Positions 41,301-51,575 of a stretch of DNA of 64,000 bases are shown piece by piece (the first letter of the stretch is position 1; every line of letters begins with the position of its first letter). The notes beneath the pieces are model-generated. The model worked only from the letters and a program-made list of their open reading frames with translations. It did not search any database and was not told the DNA's origin. The position numbers and the translations under genes are program-made. Location: assembly GCF_964355755.1 (NCBI RefSeq), contig NC_092673.1, forward strand, positions 6,510,001 through 6,574,000. The letters are read 5' to 3'. The stretch comes from Antedon mediterranea. Lineage: Eukaryota > Animalia > Echinodermata.

Positions 41301-44300
41301 AATTGACCAATTGCGGCTTTTTCAAAACTTGTACTAATTTAAACTCGATGGAAAACAAACATTATTTGTTCTTTTAGGGCTAATATCTAACAGTAGTACC
41401 TAGAAAATGAATGGTGAATGCCATATTTAATATCATTACAAATAATTCACACTTTTATTTTTCACTTTAGCATGTTTGACTTTTAATTTTTTGTTTACAC
41501 TTGTTTAATCACTCTATGTACATATTTATTCAGTACCACCTGTAAAACAATTATTTGTTATATTGTATTGTATAATACTGTATCTCAAAATGTACTGTAA
41601 ATCAAGTATAATTAATTAAAAACAAAATGAGGAAAAGTTTGAAAATAACTGAAATCAAAAACTAAATTCCCAAAAATCATGAATGATTCTACCGAACTTA
41701 CGAGTTAAAATAACTATAGCGAGGCATTTAATGAATAGGCAAACTGCCTTAAAATGTGACATGTTTCGAGGAACTATTCTCATCATCAGAAGAACAAAAA
41801 ACAATGCCAAAAATGGTTATGTTACACAAATCCGATGGACTCAAAATTTGATCAAATCTATGGACAGGTTTTTTTCTACGTGGTAATACTGAGCATTAAT
41901 AATTTAGTAGCTCCCTCTATTTTTTGAAATTTTACCCAGTAGTTGATTTTTTAGCAAGACAAACAATCAATCCTACAGTATATGCTCTGCGTGGGCAACA
42001 CAAACACTACTTGTTATTTAACTCTTTGCACCCTCAACATCACAATTATTAATTGCATGTGTAAACACACAAAGTGACAGACAATAACTAGATATTCCCT
42101 CAAATATTCAAGGTTTCAATAAAGTGATCAATTTCAAAGAAATAAAAAAAAAAAAAAATTATTGTGTACAAATATTCAAATTAATAATTTCCATTTTCCT
42201 TTTTCTGAAATATCTGTATAAATGTTTTAGATGAAGCATATCTAAAGCTCTGTTTACACTGTTGTTTACATCAAACTAGTTAAAAGTAATGTGATGTGAC
42301 CAAATATTAGTGGTATGACATCATCATGTCTATAATAATATATGGGCACATCACATTTGTTGACACATTTGTTTGATAGTGTAGACGGAGCTCTAAGAAG
42401 TTGAAAAACAATTCCAATGATTATGATAATCTCCTATTTCTTGAATTATCTAAATGTGTTTTTTTTGTTGTAATTATAGGCCGAAGCCGACCTGAGATTG
42501 GCACAGAATGAATTTGATCGCCAATATGAAATTACAAAACTGCTTTTGGAAGGAGTCGGTAGTGCACATGTAAGCTTACAACAAATGTATAATGTCTAGT
42601 ATTACACATCGCCCTCTAGAGACCACTTTAGGACTGTGAGAGGTAGTTTCCTAGCAATGTTTTCTAGTCAAAGGCCAAGGGGTTTTAATTGAATTAAATA
42701 ACCTGTATTATGTTGGTTTGAAATTGACAGTTTAGTGTGTGAATGATATTCTCAAACTATAGAGGGTGCTATAGTGCATTTCACAAAGTATCGTGTAACA
42801 TACAGTAGTGGCGATTTTACCTTCAATATAATAGGAGAGTTTCATATTGATGTAATGTTTGTCAGATCTTTACAGCTTGTTGTTTCTCATTTTCTTAGGA
42901 GACTGTCTCTTTGGGTACTAGTCATTTACTGCCAAACTGGTTGTGTTCAAACTTTACTTTATAAAACTAACTAACCTATTGTGTTTCATTTTTGCAGTCC
43001 AATCATTTACGGTGTTTACAAGATTTCATCGAAGCACAGCAAAACTTCTTTACTCAATCACAGGCTGCACTGGCTGACCTGCAGAAACAGCTTGGCAGGT
43101 ATATACATCATTTATCATTATTATATTGTAGTTAGGTCTCCAATTAAGAACCGGTCTTACTCTCCAATTGGCAAGACCACTTTTAATAACTGTTGCCAAT
43201 AGTAAAACAGTTATCTGTTACTTCTGATATAGGTATACGGTAGGTAGAATGATGTGTCATTGTTCTATTGTATTAAGGTCTCCAATTAAAAACTCCTCTT
43301 ACTCCAGTCCTTTGTTTAAGTAAAAAGCAGGAGAGCCCTCAATTGCTCTCCTCAGAAATTACTCTTTCAGTTATTCAGTCTCCTAAAGAATTCTGGAAAT
43401 GTCAATTATTTACGCAAAAACCACTTCCCCCTGCCCTGACATACAACCCACCCCCTCTTTATCTGTATTCATGGGTAAGGTATCATTTATTATGTCTTCT
43501 AATTAATCATTGGTCCAGTCATAGATGGTAGGAGTTACATGTATAATTTACATTAACCTCTTTCTATACCAAAAAATGAATTAGATTAATGAACACTTGT
43601 ATAATAGAATCTCATCCATTGCAACATATTTATATTTAATATAATAAATATTTTTTATTAAATTTATATATTTCACTATTGATTGCACTATACATCTGTC
43701 TTCACACCACATATTATTTATTTCAAAATATGAATAAATTAAATATTAATTTGATCAATCACACACAATATTTAGTTTTCACATTTTTAGTTTGATTTTC
43801 TTTGCCATTAATATCATAATTACTGTATATGGGTTGCTTTTGTTAGTGCATGGGGTTTGTGGTGGATTGTTATGGGTATAACATTTGTTGATTTTGTTTC
43901 ATTTATAAATTATGATTAGTAATAAAATAAAACTAAATTTCTTTCAGTGCATAAGACAAAAATTAAAATACCTTGTAGAGGATTTTTAGAAATGTTATTA
44001 TTATTAATATTTATTATTTGAAAACTAACTCACATTTTTACAATCCACTACAGTAAAATCCAGACATTTTTAACCAAATTCATATTCCCTCATTGTTTAA
44101 TTAAATCATACATTTAGATGTGTTTGTAGTATTTTATAATTGGTATTGGGGTTCATTTTTGGTTTTCTTTTTCTACACTTAGCTTACCTGGGTCAGGTTC
44201 CATACGTCCACCTCCCCATAATGTTGATGTTTCTGTACCCTCTGCTCCTTCTTACATCACCGGCAATGGCCAAATGCCAGTTGGAAATAGTATGACAAGG

Positions 44301-45577
44301 AATGCTAAGGTTCTTTATGATTATGATGCAGCTGACTCTAGTGAGCTGTCGTTGTTAGCGGACGAGGTAAATGGAAAACTGTGATATTGTATCAAAGATG
44401 CCTTGTAAAAAGAAATCTGACTTACTCTGAATGTTCCTTGTTAGTAATTTAATCATCATCATCATTACTTTCATCATCACCATTGTTATCATTATCATTT
44501 ATTATCTTATATTCATCATCATTGAACACTTGTCTTCATTATCAATATCATAATTGTTATCTTTCATCATTACTGCTATTATCATCATCATGACTACCAT
44601 TCTCATCATCATTATCTTCATAGTTTTATCTTCATCATGTTCACCATTATCATCATTATTATCTTCATTGTTTCACCTTCAGTATCATCGTCATGACCAC
44701 CATTATAATCATTATCTTCAGTGTTTCATCTTCATTATCATCGTCATATTACCATTATCATCATCATTGTTATCTTCATTGTTTCATCTTCAATTATCAT
44801 CGTCATGACCACCATTATCATCATCATTGTTTCATCTTCATTATCATCGTCATGACCACCATTATCATCATCATTGTTTCATCTTCATTATCATTGTCAT
44901 GACCACCATTATCCTCATCATCATTATCTTCATTATTTCATCTTCATTATCATCTTCGTCATGACCACCATTACTATCATCATCATTATTAACTTCATAA
45001 TTGTTTCATTTTCATTATCATCGTCATGACCACCATTTTAATCATTATTATCTTCAGTGTTTCATCTTCATTATCATCGTCATGATTACCATTATCATCA
45101 TCATTATTATCTTCATTGTTTCATCTTTATTATCATCGTCATGACCACCATTATCATCATCATTGTCATCTTCATTGTTTCATCTTCATTATCATTGTCA
45201 TGACCACCATTATGATCATCATTATTATTATTTTCATTGTTATTTTCATGACTACTACTATCATATCACCACCATATACAGTACTGCTATTATTTCTATC
45301 AATTTACTGTCACCTTTTTGCTTTTGCTCTTTGTGATTAATTGCATGTATTTAACACTGCTTGGATGGTTTTTCTGCATTTATACTTTTATACAGTGAAA
45401 AAAAATGTAAATTTACTTTTATAGATGTTGTTTTCCTTTAAATAAAGTGTATTCACTCTTCTGTATTTTCAGCTCATAACCGTTTGGAGTGCCCCAGGTC
45501 TGGACTCTGATTGGATGATTGGTCAACGTGGCTCGCAATCAGGCAAAGTTCCAGTCACATATCTGGAATTAATGTAG
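16738..45577 (+). CDS. SH3GLB1: Endophilin-B (N-BAR + SH3); 345 aa with exon 1a, 352 aa with exon 1b
   Basis: First exon 16738-16797 or 18164-18244; shared exons 29119-29260, 29371-29499, 32132-32265, 35551-35643, 42480-42569, 42998-43098, 44183-44366, 45473-45577 (TAG). All GT-AG and in frame. Peptides YTEEKLGSAEKTELDAHFENL, VLQPNP, KRLDLDACK, QNEFDRQYEITKLLLEG and SH3 AKVLYDYDAADSSELSLLADE..DWMIGQRGSQSGKVPVTYLELM are diagnostic. An invertebrate gene would be co-orthologous to SH3GLB1 and SH3GLB2. Confidence 0.95.
17935..18163 (+). promoter_or_regulatory. Probable promoter/5' UTR of endophilin-B exon 1b
   Basis: Locally CpG-richer, with ETS-like GGAAGT (~17939) and CCGGAA (~18055) and a GC box CCGCCC (~18035) just upstream of the exon 1b ATG. 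Short motifs, inference only. Confidence 0.35.
18164..18244 (+). CDS. SH3GLB1: Endophilin-B alternative first coding exon 1b (MSSMEKVNENMKKIAGQAGTFFTRAKQ)
   Basis: 27 codons, CAG|GTTAGC phase-0 donor; KKIAGQAGTFFTRAKQ matches the endophilin-B H0 helix. Confidence 0.85.
21301..22312. mobile_element. Kolobok non-autonomous element with decayed KolX fragment
   Basis: Perfect 16-bp TIR AGGAAAGGAACACCCT and TTAA TSD. Minus strand about 21830-21975 reads LEPEYTEREL..*..EEWCTFGQC, resembling the EPEY..WCxCGxC start of KolX. Confidence 0.8.
23390..23830. repeat. Three diverged direct repeats of about 130-200 bp
   Basis: Recurring blocks GAAATACC..GGAGTCGCCGAG(C/T)CAGC..AAATAAAC..CCAAGCACGTG. Confidence 0.7.
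23913..25030. mobile_element. Foldback element with ~470-bp inverted arms built of 21-bp repeats (IS3EU-like ends)
   Basis: Ends TATGGAACGCCTCCTCTGCCTTCAGTTCAC and its exact inverse; 6-bp TSD ATCCAC (23907-23912 and 25031-25036); arms of (CATGCAGTACACACCAATCGT)n; spacer about 24386-24557. Confidence 0.88.
27950..28402. repeat. Tandem repeat, about 115-120 bp x 4
   Basis: Unit TACTGAAGATTTGATACTATT..AAGAACCAAAACACTAAGGCTATGTTCAGACAGGCAGATCTACAGAGTTTTAATG..GTATTGTAAAATTATGTCACA. Confidence 0.9.
30110..30410 (-). mobile_element. Degenerate SINE with a Deu/Nin-like central domain
   Basis: Plus strand CCCTAC..CGAA..GGTTCTTTAAAGTGCA..GGACCTATATGGTTTATAGTCCTTATCTGAGAAGA resembles the reverse complement of the Deu/Nin SINE domain (recognised from memory). 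Confidence 0.5.
31500..31930. repeat. Tandem duplication of about 178 bp (2+ copies)
   Basis: CACTTTCGCCTGGAGTGGAAGGAAGGTAAAATACTTCCTTGC.. occurs at about 31589 and 31764. Confidence 0.85.
33568..33880 (-). mobile_element. tRNA-derived SINE with L2-type tail
   Basis: Minus strand: A box TGGCGCAGTG, B box GGTTCGAATCC, CORE/V-like GGCAAGATACTT..CCTCTCTTCACCCAGGTGTATATGGGTACC, tail GCGCTATATAAGAATGAAC(TAT)n. Confidence 0.85.
35057..35193. repeat. About 46-bp tandem repeat x 3
   Basis: TATCTTTCGGTCATAATAATAGTGTCTACATGTCTGTACCATTCCC occurs three times. Confidence 0.9.
36462..36633. mobile_element. Dispersed MITE family AGCTCTGTCTACACTATC (Harbinger-like)
   Basis: TIR AGCTCTGTCT(A/G) / CAGACAGAGCT with internal CAAATATGGTAGTGATATG repeats. 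Related copies at about 2790-2925, 12505-12625 and 42245-42393. Confidence 0.7.
37540..38000. repeat. Low-complexity CAT/ATT-rich tract
   Basis: Degenerate (CCATT)/(CAT)n sequence in endophilin intron 5. Confidence 0.75.
38855..39192. mobile_element. TTAA-flanked MITE (Kolobok-like)
   Basis: Perfect 14-bp TIR AGATGTATTGTCCC with TTAA on both sides; another end of this family is at about 3954-3971. Confidence 0.8.
39640..40135. repeat. 18-bp minisatellite (CCACCATTGTCATCTG-type) with higher-order duplication
   Basis: Tandem CACCATTGTCATCTGC units; the block CATTATACACAGTA(C/T)AACCACCATCATTG recurs three times. Confidence 0.85.
44450..45270. repeat. Degenerate (CAT)n-derived low-complexity array
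   Basis: Repeated TTTCATCTTCATTATCATCGTCATGACCACCATTAT units in the last endophilin intron. Confidence 0.9.
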
Positions 45578-47489
45578 ACTAGATGTTTATTTACTGGGGT
45601 TCTTTGCAGGGTTGAAGGTTACTCACTAAATGGTTCTTAAATATGCTTTGCCTTTGACCTTTCAGGTTAAAGGTTACTGTTAAGTCTGTTATTTAAATTA
45701 TTTTGTATTAAGGAAAAACTTTGAAAAATGCAAGCCCTTTGGGTTGCATGCTTAAACACTATGGTAATGTCTGTTACATAATGGTCACAGTTTAGCAGAG
45801 TAAGATAGAATATCCAAAAGAATAAAATAACTACTTACGATGAGGATTTGATCTTTGTTGTATGTGTACAAGTTAAGCTATTCAATTAGATTTGAACATA
45901 ATCATTAGTGGTTTAATGGTACAAAGATCAATCAGAAAAATTAGAATTTTTTTGGCAATTTTGTGGCCATTTTTTTTAACCTTAGTATTTTTTATTTTTG
46001 TTCATTAACCAATATGCCATCATTAATCACTGGCGGTTGAGTATCTGTTTCTCAAAATTTTTATTAAATAATTTAAAACAAAGTTTGGGATGGGAGAGGA
46101 GGTTTACTTAATAACTTTTTTTTCCATAACGATAGCTTACGTTGATTTTAGGGCAAAAATATTATTTTAGAATCACCATTTGTTCATATTTTGAAAATAG
46201 CTCTATCTCATAACCCCAACCACAGTATATGTTATTTCATCATCACATTAATTTATTATTTTCTTTAGAGTTTTATTATGATTATATGATTTTTGATTGA
46301 TTATATTTATATTAATATACGTTTGCAATATTTTCTCATAATTGTTCTGTATTTTGCATAACATTAATTCATCCTCTACCCACAGTCACAATCAGCAATA
46401 TTTCTTATTTTTCCCACCTCTTTTAAACCTTATTCTTTCCAGCAATTACATCGTCCCACCTTCATTGGCTCCTAAATATACATCACCTTACTAAAGGCAA
46501 ATATGTAGAAGAAATAATGAAGCTCACAGCCACAGACTATGGTGAGCTAGATATGTTACTCTGCACATTCATTTGACATACATCCATTTACAATTCATTG
46601 TTCATAAGTGTCGTCATGTTACTAAAATATTTGACTTGGTCTATAAATTCATGGAAGGCAGAAAAATAGAAAAAAAACTCTTTATTATTTAGGCACCATT
46701 TCATTTAAATTTGCCTATACTATAACATTTTAACCCATCTAGAAAGGCTATGTAAAACCATGGAAATTAAATATTTAAAAAAGAAAGTCTTTGAGTTCTG
46801 GTTTATACCAATTTATGTTGTGATAACTTCAGCAATGACCCCAGTTTTTTTGTCTACTGTCACATGTATCATATATAATATTCATATTATTATAATAAGC
46901 AATTATTTCACCCCACTATTATGACAGTACTTTTTAAAATTATTTATCTTTAATCCACCACCCAGTCTTATTTAGCCATTTTATCTGTCGTAAAACCATC
47001 ACTTAGATTTAGAATTATGTTCTTGTTGGTTTGAGAATATGTGAGTAAAGCAAATAAATAATCTCAAATATTCTAGGTATAATTATGAATTTTAATGTAA
47101 AAACTATAGGTTTACTGTATTGTAATGATTTGTGATATTATATTGAAATTAAATACTGATTATTAATTTACTTGTTGTTTACTATATTAATAATGAATAG
47201 GAATGGGGCTGCTGAAAAGTCCATATTTTTGTGCAATTGATTATTACCAAAATGTCGACTTGAACTATATGCACTAATATTGTCATAATCTATATTGCAT
47301 TTTCAACATATTATTGTCAAAAAATGAAATAATTATTAAGCACTAATTTTTTCATATGCACTAATGTTGCCATATATGCACATATAAATATAATATCATC
47401 ACTAAGTTATATTTCCATATAGTACTATGGTATAAAATATACATTTTTTTGACAAAATTTCCTTATACTTATAGGCCTACCAAGTAATT

Positions 47490-49245
47490 AAAAAAAAATA
47501 AAGAAAAAATCAGAACTTTCTGTACTAATAGTACAGTACAAAGCAATATATGCGCATATATTGCCATATTATTGCATAATAATTGAATTTTAAAAAAGTC
47601 GATAATTTGTGCATTTTTCCAAAAATGGCGGCATTTCGACCCTATTATTTTTCGATGATACAAAGCAATATATGCGCATAATAGCCACTATAGTACAGGG
47701 ATTTTTCAAAAAATGGCAAAATTTCGACAAAACTCGTAATTATATATGATACAAAGCAATGTATGCGCATATATAGCCATATTATTGCATAATAATTGAA
47801 TTTTAAAAAGTCGATATTTTGGGCATTTTCGAAAAAAATCCCTGTACTATAGTACAGGAATTTTTTCTAAAAATGGCAAAATTTACACCCTTTTATTTTC
47901 CGACAAAACTGCTAATTATGGCTCAATACGATGATACAAAGCAATATATGCGCATATAGAGCCATATTATTGCATAATAATTTTAATTTTAAAAAATCGA
48001 TATTTTGGGCATTTTTCGAAAAATGGCGGCATTTCGACCCTATTATTTTTCGATGATACAAAGCAATATATGCGCATAATAGCCACTATAGTACAGGGAT
48101 TTTTCTAAAAATGGCAAAATTTAGACCCTTTTATTTTTCGACAAAACTGGTTACTATAAAAAAAACCTATACTATAGTACAGGGATTTTAAAAAAAATGA
48201 CAAAATTTCGAGACTTTTTTTTAGACAAAACTGGTAATTATGGCTCTATACGATGATACAAAGCAATATATGCGCATATATAGCCATATTATTGCATAAT
48301 AATTTTAATTTAAAAAAGTCAATATTTTGGGCATTTTCGAAAAAATCCCTGTAACAGAAAAAAAAATACAGATTAATTTCGACCCTATTATTTTTCGACA
48401 AAACTGGTTACTATGGCTCTATACTATAAGAGCACTGGATTTTTTTTACAACTTTTAGACCTTTCTATTTTTCGATATAACTGCTTACTATAGCATAATT
48501 GACATGCGCAGAATACATTAGTTGACTCTGCGCCTTTTAATTATGATATAATAACCAGTTGTGTCAACAAATAAGAGTCGAAAATTAGCCATTTTTAGAC
48601 AATTTTCTTGTACATGATTTTTTTCAAAAAAATTGCAAAATTTCGCCCTTTCTATTTTTCGATATAAGTGGTTACTATAGCATCATTGACATGCGCAGAA
48701 CACATTATTTGACTCTGCGAATGTTAATTATGATATCGTAACCAGTTTTGTCAAAAAATAATTTGGCATTTTTTGACAATTTTCCTGTAATATAGTTCAT
48801 GATTTTTTTTCAAAAAATTGCCAAATGTCGGCCTTTCTTTTTTTTCGATATAACTGGTTACTGTAGCATAATTGACCTAATTATGATATACTGTAGTAAC
48901 CAGTTATGTCAAAAAATAAAAGGGTCGAAAATGTTTTGACAATTTTCCTGTACAGAAATTTTTTTCCAAAAATGGCCAAATTTCGATCTTTCTATTTTTC
49001 GATATAACTGGTAACATAGCATAATTGACATGCGCAGAACACATTACTTGACTATGCGCATGTAAATTATGCTATAGCAACCAGTTATATAAAAAAATCT
49101 GCAATTTTTCGAAAATTTCCCTGTACATGATTAAAAAAAAAACATTTCGACCTTTCTTTTTTTCAATATAACTGGTAACTACAGCATATTGATATGCGCA
49201 GAACACATTATTTGACTCTCCGAATGTTACTTATGATATATAACT
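47490..49245. repeat. Diverged satellite-like array (units about 110-190 bp, two subtypes)
   Basis: Subtype 1 GATACAAAGCAATATATGCGCATA.. (about 47495-48420); subtype 2 TTTTCGATATAACTGG..GACATGCGCAGAACACATTA (about 48465-49245). Similar sequence resumes after 50815. Confidence 0.85.
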
Positions 49246-49249
49246 AGTA

Positions 49250-50815
49250 CACGTCGTGTACCACAAACTGTATATTCTATATGCAGATGATATACAGTTG
49301 TATATAGAATTATATTCTATATGTCCTATATGTCCTCTCAAGTAAGTCATTGAATTACCAACTTCGTAACTTGTGGCGCATACGTAAATTTATTACTAAG
49401 GATGCTTGCCACAATGCAGTCAGGGGACTGACCCTGTCCCGCCTGCGATTTTTTTTTTCGTACATAAGTTGGGGACCCCTTCATGAAACGTCACAAAATA
49501 AACATGAATAATTCATCAGTTAAATGTTCTTGTTCCGTGTGCACCCAAGCGTATAGCAACAAGAAGTGATTTCATAGAAGAAGGAATAGCGGTGTTTTGT
49601 GTGGATTGTCGAAATAATCAGCCTTTAGTTTATGATAGTGTTTTTAATATAATTTATTACTAAAGAATTACGTGTTAAAATTATAGTTTCTATTAATACT
49701 ATTAGGCCTAGGCCTAATTATTAGTCTCTAAACATATGTCTAGCTGTGTGTGTTATAGGTATGACACAATCCGAGTAATAAGTCAGCAAAATTAAACAAT
49801 AAACATTACACAAAAATACATTTTTTATTCTCGTGGGTCTAATCTTCCCATCTCATGTGTTCATATACGCGCATTTTTAAAGTTCTTTTGAGTACATGCA
49901 TTGTTTGATAATAAAATAGCAGAATTAAAAAAAATACAGTACACAAATTATACACATTCTTTATTCTTGTGGGTCTAAGCTTTCTTTGGGCTATGTCCAA
50001 TGAATTACTACTTAGTTTAATGTCTTGCCTAGCTGTCGATTAGCCTCGACTCGACACATTGTGTGTGAAGAAGAGTGCGCGAAGGCAATCGCGTGAATTG
50101 ACTTAGAATCCTAGGCCTACTGTAGAAAGTATCGTATCGCAGTTGTGTAATCGCTTCTTGTTGCTATACGTTTGGGTGCACACGGAACAACACATTTAAC
50201 TGATGAATTATTCATGTTTATTTTGTGACGTTTCATGAGGGGGGTCCCCAACTTATGTACGAAAAAAAAAAATCGCGTCCCGCCTTGACTATGCTAACTC
50301 GCTCTTGCTTGATGCCCGCGAAGTTGATCTTAAACGATTACAGCGATTGCAGAACAAGGCGGCGCGGCTGGTCTTTGCGTGTGGACGGGATCAGCCCTCG
50401 GATGGTTTATTGAAAGATCTCCATTGGCTTCATATAAAAAAAAGGATTTTGTACAAAGTTATTGTTTTTGTTTATAAATGTATTTACTCTGTTGTTCCTT
50501 TGCACATTTTTGATTTAATTAAGTTTAACCGTGACCAGCTTTCAATTAATTACAGGTGTCGACTTCGCTTCTCTAATGATCCCACCCGACTTTTCGTTCC
50601 ACAATCTAATCGGAAAGCTGGTGACAATGCTTTTTCTGTCGCCGCTCCGCGGATCTGGAACGCGCTACCTGTCGATTTGAGAGGAGCGAATTCGGCACCT
50701 CTATTTAAACGTCAACTTAAACCTTTTCTTTTTAATTAATTACTTAGTATTTTTAGGCGCTCTGTTCTTTGTAGGGCGTCATATAAAAACCTGTATAGAA
50801 TAGAATAGAATAGAA
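49250..50815 (+). mobile_element. 5'-truncated L2-clade LINE (RT C-terminus) interrupted by a DNA transposon
   Basis: YADDIQLY RT motif at about 49278; LWRIRKFITKDACHNAVRGLTLSRL resumes after the insertion as SRLDYANSLL..LQRLQNKAARLV..LHWL..AFSVAAPRIWNALP..FKRQLKPFLF (ORF 50305-50739); (TAGAA)n tail. Confidence 0.92.
49445..50276. mobile_element. Mutator-like non-autonomous element with 9-bp TSD
   Basis: About 125-bp TIR GCGATTTTTTTTTTCGTACATAAGTTGGGGACCCC..; exact TSD GTCCCGCCT at 49436-49444 and 50277-50285. Confidence 0.88.
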
Positions 50816-51201
50816 AGGGTCGACGCAATTTCTCTATTTAAGAATTTTTTTCAAAAAATTACAAAACATCGACCTTAAAAAATATGCGTAAAACACATTG
50901 TGTGATTCTTTCGAAAATTCCCTACTGTATACTATAGCATTGTGAATCGCGTGAAGAGCAAAATAAGATTATTTTGCTGACATACTAATAATAATATCAT
51001 AACACAATTGTACTGTCTTCGGCGAGTTTCGGTTCCAACAACACATTTTCTTCTAAATATAGAATGTTGTCTTTGAAAAAAACACCAATATCTCTTTTGA
51101 CAAACAACTCTGTATATCTATATATATACACATTAGGCAAAGAACATTAATTGTAAACCGCCCGGTGATATACTGATATACTTTCTATAATTTACAGTAT
51201 G

Positions 51202-51203
<2 letters not shown>

Positions 51204-51283
<80 letters not shown>
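51204..51283. repeat. (TA)n microsatellite
   Basis: About 40 TA units. Confidence 0.97.
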
Positions 51284-51287
<4 letters not shown>

Positions 51288-51575
51288 TAAACTAAAGATG
51301 ACCACCAAGATTTATAAATACTCCACCAACATTCTAATCGTATATTTCTTGTAGTAATGTGCTATCTGTTTCAGAATAATTTATCCGAAAACAAACTTTT
51401 TCTATAATATTGTCGACTTATTTAGAGCCTTAACCTATTATAGAAAAATAAGTCATTGCTCATTCTACTGATATGTTTTATAATAATTACATGACTCGCA
51501 TATGGAGAATTTAAGTGGATAACCACTAAATGTAGTTAATAAGTAAACGATGCTTTAGACTGTTGTCTATTGTGT

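Noticed and set aside
37563-45340. His/Ile-rich ORFs at 37563-38034, 39712-40382 and 44554-45340
   Set aside because: Products of (CAT)n-like low-complexity intronic DNA, with no splice-supported exons.
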